This document shows, one piece after another, positions 35,240 to 47,051 of a stretch of DNA of 64,000 bases. The position numbers and the translations under genes were made by a program. Source of the DNA: Ranitomeya imitator (taxonomy: Eukaryota); NCBI RefSeq assembly GCF_032444005.1, contig NC_091287.1:503936001-504000000 (forward strand). The letters are read 5' to 3'. Position 1 is the first letter of the stretch. Every line of letters begins with the position of its first letter. The notes beneath the pieces are model-generated. The model worked only from the letters and a program-made list of their open reading frames with translations, was not told where the DNA came from and searched no databases.

Positions 35240-35720
35240 TGTATTTTTCGGATTATACAAGGCACTATTTTCGCAAAAATTTGAGGGGAAAATGGGGGTG
35301 CGTCTTATAATGCAAATGTACTTTACCGCTATCATTGCTGCAGGCCGCAGGCTGGGATGAAGGGGTGTCCGTCGGTGCTGTGGGTGTCCGGAGCTGCTAC
35401 CCAGTGATTTGCGGGTGTCTCCGGTGCCCGCCAATCCTGCAGGCAGGGGTGTCTGGCGGTGCTACTGCGGGTGTCCGACGCTGCTGCCCAGTGCTCTGCT
35501 GGTGTATCCGGTGCTGCCAGTGCGCGACCGGTACTGCCCGATGCTACTGTGACGGTCTCCGATGCTGCCGGGGCCCACCCCAGCAGTCCCATGATTTCCT
35601 GTGCGGTGGACTCCGGTTAAATGGCCGATGCGCAGATGGAGATCTCGGCACCGAGATCTCGGGAGATGAGATTTCAGCATTGTGGTTTGTTCGGCTATTT
35701 TCTTGCTGAGGGGGGCAAGG
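35239..35720. mobile_element. Partial pogo/Tc2-like non-autonomous element with a GC-rich minisatellite
   Basis: Starts CTGTATTTTTCGGATTATA...GGGGTGCGTCTTATA after a TA run; right end not found. Confidence 0.5.
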
Positions 35721-35779
35721 TTACCTTTCAAATGGTGTATCATTTGTGTGTGTGGGTGAGCATGAACGGAGATACAAAG

Positions 35780-36170
35780 GAATCATCGAAAGAGAGTGTT
35801 TTGAAATAATATAGAAGGATTTTTGAGTAAAATGTAAATTGTTCTTTTATTCTATAAACTACTGACAACATGTCTCCAAAGTTCCAAGCAATAAATTTTG
35901 TATTTATTTTATGAAAATGAGAAATGGTCAAAATAACAAAAAAATGCATTCCTTGCAGAACTCAAATAATTAAAAAAAAAATTCAGTATCATTTATAAAC
36001 AACAATACTAATGTTTTAACTCAGGAAGAGTTCAGAAATTAATATTTTGTCGAATAACCATGATTTTTAATCACAGTTTTCATGCTTCTTGGCATGCTTT
36101 CCACCAGTCTTTCACACTGCTTTTGGGTGACATTATGCCACTCCTGGTACAAAAATGTAAGCAGTTCTTT
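35780..36170 (-). mobile_element. Tc1 3'-end fragment
   Basis: QEWHNVTQKQCERLVESMPRSMKTVIKNHGYSTKY matches the Tc1 transposase C-terminus. Confidence 0.75.
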
Positions 36171-37010
36171 GCATTGCGTATTTGAAATCTGCAACGTGTT
36201 AATTTCTACGAGGGTGTGTGTGGATTTTCCCCATAGAATTACATTGTATGCGGAAAATCCACAGGTAAAAGACACATATGGTGCGAAAACGCACTAAAAA
36301 CACATGTAAACCGCTAAACACTAAAATAATAAAGTTATGTCGCAGCAAAATATCAGGAAATATAAAAAACAAAGCAGTTTTACTTAAAACAGGACATACC
36401 AAAAAAAGACAAAAATAGCAGCATCAAAAACGTGAGAAAAATGCATATTAAAAAATACACTTAAAAACACAATGAAAAAAACGCAAGTAGCCTGACTTAT
36501 CTAATAGGTGTAGAAAATTTGCATCATCAAAAGCTGATCAAATACTCGTCGCCTTTTAGTTCTCAACAAGAAAGGAGAAGCTGTGCTACAGTGCATAAAA
36601 AATGTGGCATTAAAAATAAACACACTATTTAAAATAGTAAAAAGAGAATATTAATAAAACACTAATTATGAGCCACGATTTTGCATTTTATACCCTTGAA
36701 AAGTATTCTCTTCTCATAAAGAGCCTTGATGATGCAGAATATAGTGTGGTATCGCCCCTTCCCGGCAGTCAGTGTTTTATTGCAGGCAATCCATTGGAAA
36801 TGAACAAAAGAACAGTTTTAGGATCTTTTCTCCTGTCTGTACAATAGAGCCGTCATTATACTGGGTTATTTCAAGCTTTCTACAGCTAAAATCTTTACAT
36901 TATACTGAAATGAAGCCAGTGTAGGATTCAGAAACTCAGGAAATTACTTTTACAATGCAAAAAAAATGAATGGCTTCTGATTTTATTTATTTTTTTAGAA
37001 TTTTCTTTAC

Positions 37011-37063
37011 AAGCCATTGTAAACTCAGAAAAATTGTTGGCTGAAAGTTGTGACTGCCGGTGT
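37011..37063 (-). CDS. Candidate 53-nt exon holding a possible start codon (ATG at 37017)
   Basis: Strong acceptor TTTATTTTATTCATTTTCCTAG, donor CTT|GTAAAG, Kozak context ACAATGG; joins in frame to 17755. Confidence 0.45.
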
Positions 37064-37164
37064 CTAGGAAAATGAATAAAATAAAAGATAGGGAAGAAAA
37101 TAAAAATTAGGTGATAATTAATCTGATTCTGGCAAGTTTTCTATTCAGCTGTTTTCTGTCTATT

Positions 37165-37920
37165 TCTGGTTAAGTAGGATAACATCAGCACTCGGATAAA
37201 TGAGTTCATTCTCTGTTGTCGGTATTAATGCTGGAAAAAGAGGAACGTATACTGGATTGCGATTTATTTACCAACGCGTTTCAGAGTTCCAAACGTCTTC
37301 AGGACAAACCACAGTATAAGTGGTAAGTGGGATAACATCAGAACTGGAATGAATAGGGTAATTCTGCACTGCCGGTATTAATGATGGATAAAGAGGACCG
37401 CATACAGGAATGCGGTTTATTATCCAACGTGTTTCGGAGTTCCAAATTTCTTCAGCACAAACCACAGTCTAATTGGTAAGTGGGATAACAGAGAACTGGA
37501 ATGAATAGGTTAATTCTGCGCTGCCCGTATTAATGATAGACAAAGTGGACCATATTCAGGAATGCGGTTCATTAGTCAACGCGTTTCAGAGTTCCAAACC
37601 TCTTCATCAGGACAGACCACAGTCTAAGTGGTAGGTGGGATAACATAGAACTGGAATGAATAGGGTAATTCTGCACTGCCAGGACTAATGATGGATAAAG
37701 AGGACCATATACAGGAATGCGGTTTACCAGTCGACACGTTTCGGAGTTCCAAACTTCTCCATCAGGACAAACCACAGTCTAAGTGGTAGGTGGGATAACA
37801 TAGAACTGGAATGAATAGGGACTAATGATGGATAAAGAGGACCGTATACAGGAATGCGGTTGACCAGTCAACACGTTTCGGAGTTCCAAACTTCTCCATC
37901 AGGACAAACCACAGTGGTAG
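37165..37920 (-). ncRNA. Tandem array of five ~153-155-bp units, each with a Type I hammerhead ribozyme motif (retrozyme-like)
   Basis: Cores at 37271-37305, 37424-37458, 37575-37613, 37730-37768, 37867-37905. Copy 3 reads GUC-CUGAUGA-AGAG-GUUUGGAA-CUCU-GAAA-CGCG-UU-GAC on the minus strand. Unit starts (GGATAAC) at 37177, 37330, 37483, 37638, 37793. Confidence 0.85.
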
Positions 37921-38240
37921 TTGGCACGACAGTCATAATGGCCATTATTACACCTCCTACAGTCCAGATTTAAAAGTCAAGGCTCCTTAAACCCAGTGCA
38001 AACTCTGATCTCTTTATATGGGTGCATTCCCACTACTGTATTTTAAGTTCATGGAAAATCTGACCTCACAATGACGGCACTGATCAAATTGTTTTTATTC
38101 TTGTGTGAATTTAGCCTATGGGGCAGAGGGACCTTTCACACAGAATTTTTTTACATGGATTTTGACAATCCACATCTAGATCCAGTTCACATACTCTTTT
38201 TTGAATAGGATTCTTATTAATTGGGAAAATACGCCTACAA

Positions 38241-38584
38241 GGCCTCATTCACATGTTTAAACACATATGTGGAAAAATGGTACTGGTGTCATCAGTGTAT
38301 GGTCCGTGTGTCCGTTTTTAGCATCGGTGTGTCATCAGTGATTTTCATGGATGGATAAAGAAAGAAATAAAGGACAAAGCTTCTCTTATGCTTAGCAATG
38401 TGAAATACTGACCGCACACGAATGTGTTTATCACAGACCCATAGACTTGTAACCCTCTTCATTCGTGCTGCCAGAAAAAAAAAAAAAGAGGTGAATAGAA
38501 CCATAGATTATAATAGGTACATATTCAATCCATGGAAAAACACAGATATGACACAGATAACAATGCGGACACCTAAATAATGCC
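38241..38584. mobile_element. Harbinger-type MITE (diverged); a smaller one at ~38645-38830
   Basis: GGCCTCATTCAC...AATAATGCC termini followed by TAA; the small copy matches 63757-63947. Confidence 0.55.
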
Positions 38585-38924
38585 TAATGCACATGGTGAT
38601 TTTTTTCCACGTGGAAAATTCTTGAGTTGTCTCTGCATAAAGCCACATTAAAACGTTCAGTATTTGGTCTGTATTTTACACCAGTATTTGTAAGCCAAAA
38701 CCAGGAGTGGAACAATCAGAGGAAAAGTGTAATAAAAACATGTCAACACTTCTACATTTATCACCCACTCCTGGTTTTGGCTCACAAATACTGATGGAAA
38801 ATACTGACCAAATACTGAACATAACCATTTTAAAGTCTGTATTCTTATCCATGTATAGTGCTAAGTATAACAGAGTACACCCCCTTTGAAAAGTAACGCT
38901 TTTCTAAATTCATTTTTCTAAGTG

Positions 38925-39100
38925 CATGATGCCTACAGTGAAACATGGTGGTGGCAATGTCATGTGGGGCTGCATGAGTGTTGCTGGTGTCTGAATTCAC
39001 AGATATAGTGCTCTATACTAAATATAGTTGCCAACTTGTTCATTCCATGCCCTGAAGACTTGGTGCTGTCCTTAAAAGTCATGGAAGTCATAGAAAATGC
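38925..39100 (+). mobile_element. Tc1 transposase fragment
   Basis: TVKHGGGNVMWGCMSVAG in + strand translation. Confidence 0.6.
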
Positions 39101-39219
39101 TAGATGTAACATAGTAACATAGTAACATAGTTAGTAAGGCCGAAAAAAGACATTTGTCCATCCAGTTCAGCCTATATTCCATCATAATAAATCCCCAGAT
39201 CTACGTCCTTCTACAGAAC

Positions 39220-42000
39220 CTAATAATTGTATGATACAATATTGTTCTGCTCCAGGAAGACATCCAGGCCTCTCTTGAACCCCTCGACTGAGTTCGCCAT
39301 CACCACCTCCTCAGGCAAGCAATTCCAGATTCTCACTGCCCTAACAGTAAAGAATCCTCTTCTATGTTGGTGGAAAAACCTTCTCTCCTCCAGACGCAAA
39401 GAATGCCCCCTTGTGCCCGTCACCTTCCTTGGTATAAACAGATCCTCAGCGAGATATTTGTATTGTCCCCTTATATACTTATACATGGTTATTAGATCGC
39501 CCCTCAGTCGTCTTTTTTCTAGACTAAATAATCCTAATTTCGCTAATCTATCTGGGTATTGTAGTTCTCCCATCCCCTTTATTAATTTTGTTGCCCTCCT
39601 TTGTACTCTCTCTAGTTCCATTATATCCTTCCTGAGCACCGGTGCCCAAAACTGGACACAGTACTCCATGTGCGGTCTAACTAGGGATTTGTACAGAGGC
39701 AGTATAATGCTCTCATCATGTGTATCCAGACCTCTTTTAATGCACCCCATGATCCTGTTTGCCTTGGCAGCTGCTGCCTGGCACTGGCTGCTCCAGGTAA
39801 GTTTATCATTAACTAGGATCCCCAAGTCCTTCTCCCTGTCAGATTTACCCAGTGGTTTCCCATTCAGTGTGTAATGGTGATATTGATTCCCTCTTCCCAT
39901 GTGTATAACCTTACATTTATCATTGTTAAACCTCATCTGCCACCTTTCAGCCCAAGTTTCCAACTTATCCAGATCCATCTGTAGCAGAATACTATCTTCT
40001 CTTGTATTAACTGCTTTACATAGTTTTGTATCATCTGCAAATATCGATATTTTACTGTGTAAACCTTCTACCAGATCATTAATGAATATGTTGAAGAGAA
40101 CAGGTCCCAATACTGACCCCTGCGGTACCCCACTGGTCACAGCGACCCAGTTAGAGACTATACCATTTATAACCACCCTCTGCTTTCTATCACTAAGCCA
40201 GTTACTAACCCATTTACACACATTTTCCCCCAGACCAAGCATTCTCATTTTGTGTACCAACCTCTTGTGCGGCACGGTATCAAACGCTTTGGAAAAATCG
40301 AGATATACCACGTCCAATGACTCACCGTGGTCCAGTCTATAGCTTACCTCTTCATAAAAACTGATTAGATTGGTTTGACAGGAGCGATTTCTCATAAACC
40401 CATGCTGATATGGAGTTAAACAGTTATTCTCATTGAGATAATCCAGAATAACATCCCTCAGAAACCCTTCAAATATTTTACCAACAATAGAGGTTAGACT
40501 TACTGGCCTATAATTTCCAGGTTCACTTTTAGAGCCCTTTTTGAATATTGGCACCACATTTGCTATGCGCCAGTCCTGCGGAACAAACCCTGTCGCTATA
40601 GAGTCACTAAAAATAAGAAATAATGGTTTATCTATTACATTACTTAGTTCTCTTAGTACTCGTGGGTGTATGCCATCCGGACCCGGAGATTTATCTATTT
40701 TAATCTTATTTAGCCGGTTTCGCACCTCTTCTTGGGTTAGATTGGTGACCCTTAATATAGGGTTTTCATTGTTTCTTGGGATTTCACCTAGCATTTCATT
40801 TTCCACCGTGAATACCGTGGAGAAGAAGGTGTTTAATATGTTAGCTTTTTCCTCGTCATCTACAACCATTCTTTCCTCACTATTTTTTAAGGGGCCTACA
40901 TTTTCAGTTTTTATTCTTTTACTATTGATATAGTTGAAGAACAGTTTGGGATTAGTTTTACTCTCCTTAGCAATGTGCTTCTCTGTTTCCTTTTTGGCAG
41001 CTTTAATTAGTTTTTTAGATAAAGTATTTTTCTCCCTATAGTTTTTTAGAGCTTCAATGGTGCCATCCTGCTTTAGTAGTGCAAATGCTTTCTTTTTACT
41101 GTTAATTGCCTGTCTTACTTCTTTGTTTAGCCACATTGGGTTTTTCCTATTTCTAGTCCTTTTATTCCCACAAGGTATAAACCGCTTACACTGCCTATTT
41201 AGGATGTTCTTAAACATTTCCCATTTATTATCTGTATTCTCATTTCTGAGGATATTGTCCCAGTCTACCAGATTAAGGGCATCTCTAAGCTGTTCAAACT
41301 TTGCCTTCCTAAAGTTCAATGTTTTTGTGACTCCCTGACAAGTCCCCCTAGTGAAAGACAGGTGAAACTGCACAATATTGTGGTCGCTATTTCCTAAATG
41401 CCCAACCACCTGCAGATTTGTTATTCTGTCAGGTCTATTAGATAGTATTAGGTCTAAAAGTGCTGCTCCTCTGGTTGGATTCTGCACCAATTGTGAAAGA
41501 TAATGTTTCTTGGTTATTAGCAGAAACCTGTTGCCTTTATGGGTTTCACAGGTTTCTGTTTCCCAGTTAATATCCGGGTAGTTAAAGTCCCCCATAACCA
41601 GGACCTCATTATGGGTTGCAGCTTCATCTATCTGCTTTAGAAGTAGACTTTCCATGCTTTCTGTTATATTTGGGGGTTTGTAACAGACCCCAATGAGAAT
41701 TTTGTTACCATTTTTCCCTCCATGAATTTCAACCCATATGGACTCGACATCCTCATTCCCTTCGCTAATATCCTCCCTTAAAGTGGACTTTAGACAAGAC
41801 TTTACATAGAGACAAACCCCTCCTCCTCTCCGATTTTTACGATCCTTTCTAAACAGACTGTAACCCTGTAAGTTAACTGCCCAGTCATAGCTTTCATCTA
41901 ACCATGTCTCGGTTATTCCCACTATGTCAAAGTTACCTGTAGATATTTCTGCTTCTAGTTCTTCCATCTTGTTTGTCAGGCTTCTGGCGTTTGCGAGCAT
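39220..42000 (-). CDS. CR1 ORF2: APE endonuclease and reverse transcriptase, 926 aa, uninterrupted
   Basis: GITETWLD, GDFNYPDINW, LDFSKAFDTVPH, GVPQGSVLGP, FADD. Confidence 0.95.
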   Translation of the reverse strand: MLANARSLTNKMEELEAEISTGNFDIVGITETWLDESYDWAVNLQGYSLFRKDRKNRRGGGVCLYVKSCLKSTLREDISEGNEDVESIWVEIHGGKNGNKILIGVCYKPPNITESMESLLLKQIDEAATHNEVLVMGDFNYPDINWETETCETHKGNRFLLITKKHYLSQLVQNPTRGAALLDLILSNRPDRITNLQVVGHLGNSDHNIVQFHLSFTRGTCQGVTKTLNFRKAKFEQLRDALNLVDWDNILRNENTDNKWEMFKNILNRQCKRFIPCGNKRTRNRKNPMWLNKEVRQAINSKKKAFALLKQDGTIEALKNYREKNTLSKKLIKAAKKETEKHIAKESKTNPKLFFNYINSKRIKTENVGPLKNSEERMVVDDEEKANILNTFFSTVFTVENEMLGEIPRNNENPILRVTNLTQEEVRNRLNKIKIDKSPGPDGIHPRVLRELSNVIDKPLFLIFSDSIATGFVPQDWRIANVVPIFKKGSKSEPGNYRPVSLTSIVGKIFEGFLRDVILDYLNENNCLTPYQHGFMRNRSCQTNLISFYEEVSYRLDHGESLDVVYLDFSKAFDTVPHKRLVHKMRMLGLGENVCKWVSNWLSDRKQRVVINGIVSNWVAVTSGVPQGSVLGPVLFNIFINDLVEGLHSKISIFADDTKLCKAVNTREDSILLQMDLDKLETWAERWQMRFNNDKCKVIHMGRGNQYHHYTLNGKPLGKSDREKDLGILVNDKLTWSSQCQAAAAKANRIMGCIKRGLDTHDESIILPLYKSLVRPHMEYCVQFWAPVLRKDIMELERVQRRATKLIKGMGELQYPDRLAKLGLFSLEKRRLRGDLITMYKYIRGQYKYLAEDLFIPRKVTGTRGHSLRLEERRFFHQHRRGFFTVRAVRIWNCLPEEVVMANSVEGFKRGLDVFLEQNNIVSYNY

Positions 42001-42137
42001 GCAGTTTAGAGGATTTTGTTTTGTTCCAATCTCTTCACTGTGGATTGTTTTAGAAATGTTCTTACCTCCCTTCTGAGTATGTTTTCCTGGGTCGTCTTTG
42101 TTCGAGTCTAATGTTTTTCTTCCTGTCCCCTCTTCTT

Positions 42138-42520
42138 CTAGTTTAACGCCCTCCTGATGAGTGTAGCGAGTCTTCTGGCGAATGTGTGTTTCCCAGGTTT
42201 GTTGAGGTGTAGTCCGTCTCTGGCGAGGAGTCCATCATACCAGTAATTCACACCGTGGTCCAGGAATCCAAATCCTTGTTGTCTGCACCATCGTCTTAGC
42301 CAGTTGTTTGCATCAAGGATCCTGTTCCATCTCCTGGTGCCATGCCCGTCTACTGGAAGGATAGAAGAAAAAACTACCTGTGCATCCAGTTCCTTTACTT
42401 TCTTCCCCAACTCTTCAAAGTCCTTGCAGATTGTCGGTAGGTCCTTCCTTGCCGTGTCATTGGTGCCAACATGTATCAGAAGAAATGGGTGGACGTCCTT
42501 GGAGCTGAAGAGCTTTGGTA
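42138..42520 (-). pseudogene. CR1 ORF1 C-terminal SGNH-esterase fragment
   Basis: LLIHVGTND...DGLHLN motifs; N-terminus missing. Confidence 0.85.
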
Positions 42521-42539
42521 AAAAGAAAGTCTGATTATC

Positions 42540-44073
42540 CATTTAATTTCTCTCTCCTCTGATGTGATCGCACTTCAAAGGAGAGAGAAACAGGGTGCCT
42601 CGATCCCCCCCTGGTACCTCCGTTGTCCCTGCAATCCCTATTATGTCCCCCAGCCGCCAACGTCTTCTTCCAGAAGAAAATGGTTGGCACATGCGCAGTG
42701 CGCCTGCCGAGACCTGCCAGCTGGCACCCTGCAACAATAGAAAATTTTTCCTATTGGTTCATTTTGATCACTGTGATAGACCCTATCACAATGATCAAAA
42801 TAATAAAATAGTAAATTAAACCCCCTTTTAACACCCCCTTAGTTAGGTAAAAATAATGAAAAAAAATATATATTTATTTCAATTTTTTCATTGGGTTAGA
42901 GTTGGGCTAAAGTGAGTTGGGGGTAAAGTTAGGGTTAGGGTTGGGCTAAAGTGAGTAGGGCTAAAGGTAGAGTTAGGGTTGGGCTAAAGTAAGTTGGGCT
43001 AAAGTTAGGGTTAGGGCTAGGGTTAAGGTTAGGGCTAGGGTTATGGTTAGAGTTGTGGTTATGGTTGGGATTAAGATTAGGGTTGGGATTAGGGTTAGGG
43101 GTGTATTAGGGTTAGGTTTGTTGTTAGGGTTATGCATAGGGTTGGTATTAGGGTTAGGGGTGTGTTGGGGTTAGGGTTGGAGTTAGAATTGGGGCATTTC
43201 CACTGTTTAAGTACATCAGGGGGTCTCCAAATACGACATGGCGCCACCATTGATTCCAGCCAATTTTGCGTTCAAAAAGTCACGGTGCTCCCTCTCTTCT
43301 GAGCCTTGCAACCAAACAGTGGCTTTTCCTCACATATGGGGTATCGGCTTACTCAGAAGAAATTGCACAACAAATTTTGTGGTCCATTTTCTCCTGATAC
43401 CCTTGTGAAAATAAAAAAATGGTTCCAAAGTAAATTTTTTGTGAAAAAAGTAAAATGTTCATTTGTTCCTTCCACTTTGCTTTAGTTCTTGTGAAGCACC
43501 TGAAGGGTTCATAAACTTCTTGAATATAGTTTTGAGCACCTTGAGGGGTGCAGTTTTTAGAATGGTGTCACTTTTGGGTATTTTCTGTTATATTGACCCC
43601 CTGAACTCGCTTCAAATGTGAGGTGGTCCCTAAAAAAATGGTTTTGTAAATTTTGTTGGAAAAATGAGAAATTGCTTGTCAAATTTTAACCCTTATAACT
43701 TCCTGACAAAAAAAAAATGTTGTTTCCAAAATTGTGCTGATGTAAAGTTGACATGTGGGAAATGTTATTTATTAACTATTTTGTCTGACACGACTCTCTG
43801 GTTTAAGGGCATAGAAATTCAAAGTTTGAAAATTGCAAAATTTTCACAATTTTTGCCATATTTCGTTTTTTTTTCATAAATAAACGCAAGTTATATTGAA
43901 GAAATGTTATCACTACCATGAAGTACAATATGTCACGAAAAAAAACAGTCTGAGAATCAGCGGGATCCGTTAAAGCGTTCCAGAGCTATAACTTCATAAA
44001 GTGACAGTGGTCAGAATTGTACAAATTGGCTTGGTCATTAAGTACCAAATTGGCTCTGTCACTAAGGGGTTAA
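42540..44073. mobile_element. piggyBac-like non-autonomous element, right part
   Basis: Ends AAGGGG|TTAA at 44070-44073; left end not visible beyond the CR1 junction. Confidence 0.55.
42885..43195 (+). repeat. Degenerate telomere-like (TTAGGG) array inside the piggyBac-like element
   Basis: TTAGGG mixed with TTGGG, CTAGGG and GGGCTAAAG variants. Confidence 0.85.
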
Positions 44074-44376
44074 GTACCTTTACTTTGCTATCTATGTTAT
44101 GTTCACAAAGGAGCCAGGAGTCAGGCTAATGTATGCCATCATGGAGTGTTCATACATTTACTGACAAATTGTAGAATGTGTGGGAACCTGTTCTGGAAAT
44201 TATGAAACAAATATCCTTTTCCTGTGGAACAATACTGATTCAAGGCTGGGTGACTTCCTGGAAGTCCAGCATAAAACAGGTGCACCTGGAGGTAAGCCAG
44301 CACCAGTCTCTAGCTGCCCTTTCTATATAGATAGAATAAGTATACTATGGCATTAGTCAACCCAGTAATGCTATTA

Positions 44377-44566
44377 TTAAAGTGGTACTTCCATCTCCAA
44401 GATCCTACCCCGATATGTAGTATATGTAATAATAATAATAATATTAGCAAATATCACCAATTAGAAATGTAGTGTAGTTCTTCCGATTCACTATGTTGCT
44501 TACCCCATATGCAGAGCATTGTAGTAACTTAGGTATAGGATCTTGGAGATGGCAATACCCCTTTAA
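44377..44566. mobile_element. T2/Kolobok-type MITE
   Basis: TTAA at both ends; CCATCTCCAAGATCCTA / TAGGATCTTGGAGATGG inverted. Confidence 0.75.
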
Positions 44567-44678
44567 GTTATGCACTGACAGGTGAAAAGCAAAGTTATTA
44601 GTGTATGAAGTCAAAGTGAAAGAAATACACATTAAATCTTTGCATATTTCTTAGCACGTGCAGAGTGATATTACATCT

Positions 44679-47010
44679 TGTGGAGTCACGGGGGTCAGCG
44701 GGTGCTCCAGTCTGCTGGCTCAAGACCATATAGGCAAGGGCTCATCCCACCGAACGCTCACTCTCCTTTTACGGTGGCCATAATACTACTCCGACAACAC
44801 AGGGTAAGGGTAAAAGAGTGTGGAAATACTTTATTGAACCACGAACAGACAATAACACATAGAACAATCCAGCAAAATACCCAAGATGGTGCAAAATTAC
44901 AGAGTCTCACCCTTCCGCTGACTCGCCGGGATTAAAGCAGCTGCGACTTCCAGGGCCGAGTTCCTACACCTGTTGCACCCACAGAGAGGAGGTAACGACA
45001 AGCTTAGCAACCTGAGAATCCATTGAGGTACGAGGCCAGGTAACCGGAGGGTCATAACCTGGCTTCTCCGAACATCTCCATGGAGCCAAGTGATCAGTGG
45101 GTCCCAATCCTGGCTTTCCCAAACGTATCTGCAGCGCCCCAGAGATCTGGTCGTTGCAGTATGACACTCTGCCGCTAAGGGGAGTGATGGTACGTCTGAT
45201 GGCACTGAAGGAATTCTACTGACCAGGTATCACCAGCACACATTACACTTCACACTCCGGCCACTAGGGGGAGAAAAAGGCTTTATTTATTGGGCCACTC
45301 CTCACACTGGTAAAACTAGGGGTTGGATAGGAAGTTAGTCAGAAGCTGACTGGGTTGGATTCAGGCAACATCCTGTGGCAGGGGGTGTTGCAGGGAGAAG
45401 ACACAGGGGGGTCCCTGTCAGGCGTGGGAACCTGGCAGGTGCCTAGCGAACAGAGCAGAACGTAACGGAACCGCGCCTGCACACCCCGCGGCGGTATCCA
45501 AGAGAGAGACACGAAGGGAAGGATATTGTGGAACAGTGAGAAACGAGATCAAGCACAAAGGAGAACCAGTAGGAGTCGTGCCGTGAGACCGAGGCATCAT
45601 CCTACTGAGGCGCGTAGCCGGTGGACGGAACACCGCGGGAGTAACTGACTCTAGGCCTTACTTCGAACTCCGCAGGACAGTTAATTATAGGTTGGCTGTC
45701 TACCTTAAATTTCCTACGAAGACATAGGGGACAACGCGTGGAGAGGGGCGTCTCTAGGGTCCCGGAAGAGCTCCGAGCCTTCCCGTCATACGGATGCGTC
45801 CTAGCCATAACATACTGGGGGACGAGAAACTAGTAACATCTGGAACAAGCGAGAGAGAGTTAGAAAGAACGAACGAACGAGAACAGCAGTTGTGAGGACT
45901 ATTTCGAATGCTCAGCAGGGTAGCACTACAACACACAGGCGCTAGTGGTAGGCACTGATTTCCACCTGCAAAGGGAACTCTGGATGTGCCCATCGGACCG
46001 GCCGGTCTCAGATAGCCCTGTTAAGCGTGCTCTGGATTGAGGATCCTGAAGTCTTCAGTAAAGAGGTAAAGAGACTGCAACCTTGTGTCCTCGTTATTGA
46101 CTGCACCTCACACCATTGCCATCCACCTTACTGGGAAGCCCTGGGGACATACTTCACCTGTGGGAAGGTATACCATCCAGCTGCCATTCCATCACCCCAG
46201 CGGACCCCACAGCAGCGTCGGTCACCCTGACCGAACACCACAGGTGGCGTCCCGAACCCTTGACAGATTGTACCACCTTTATTGGACGCCCCTTAGCAGG
46301 GTCGCGGACCGGGTCTAGCCACCGTGACAGCCTCAGAACCGAACCAGAGAGGCCCGGTACCGAGAACTCGTGGCCCTGTGTCTGGGGGTGCTCCATATCC
46401 ATAGGGCTCAGGAGACCGGTGGACCCAAATCCTGGCTTCCCCAAACATATCTATTGGTTCAGTTATGGTCAATGGAGCAGATCTGTATTCTATCACCCGG
46501 TGCTGTGGTCTTCTAAGCTGGCATCTTGTAGAATGTCAAATCTATGTCCCTTGTGATGGAGCCATGATATCCTGGCTGCTTGTCTTGTAAAGTGTTCCTG
46601 ACTGGGGTTTTGAAAAGAGTCTCTGGTTCTTTGGATCTCTTTTTACATAGGCTTATCCCTTTTATATAGTTCACAACTGTTGTCCTTCAAGCCATCATCC
46701 AGAGATCAAGAGGAAGATGTAATGAGCTTAACTCGCATTGTTTGAGTATTTATAAAATTTGCATAGTTTTTACTCTTCTGTTTTGCAAGTCAACAAGCCA
46801 CAGGGTCCCACACAATGGTCAATCAACATATCATCAAACATCTATTCTTCAATTACCCTGCGTCTCTTTCATCCAGGATAACAACATAATATTACACACA
46901 ATGTTACAACAAACGTCAAAAAGTCAATATTACAGCCTCTTACGAACAATAGTCTGTGTTTTCTTGTCCAACCAAAAAAACACAAATTCAAAAGTCAACC
47001 TATAGATAAC
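44679..47010 (-). mobile_element. Probable older LTR interrupted by a solo LTR
   Basis: Starts TGTGG, carries a minus-strand AATAAA near 44830, and its internal ~50-bp repeat continues across the inserted LTR; right boundary approximate. Confidence 0.4.
45130..46395. mobile_element. Solo LTR, 1266 bp
   Basis: TGCAGCGCCCC...GGGGGTGCTCCA termini with exact 4-bp TSD TATC. Confidence 0.85.
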
Positions 47011-47051
47011 AGACAATGCCTCCTGGCTTACTGAAAATAGTTTTCTGGATA

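Larger units (their letters stand above)
39107..42520 (-). mobile_element. CR1 LINE, 5'-truncated inside ORF1
   Basis: (TTACTATG)n 3' tail, intact ORF2, ORF1 esterase remnant. Confidence 0.93.

Noticed and set aside
39227-41338. Long + strand ORFs over the CR1 copies (also 49680-50795, 60576-61043) and over the hAT ORF
   Set aside because: Antisense shadows of real coding frames with no recognisable motifs.
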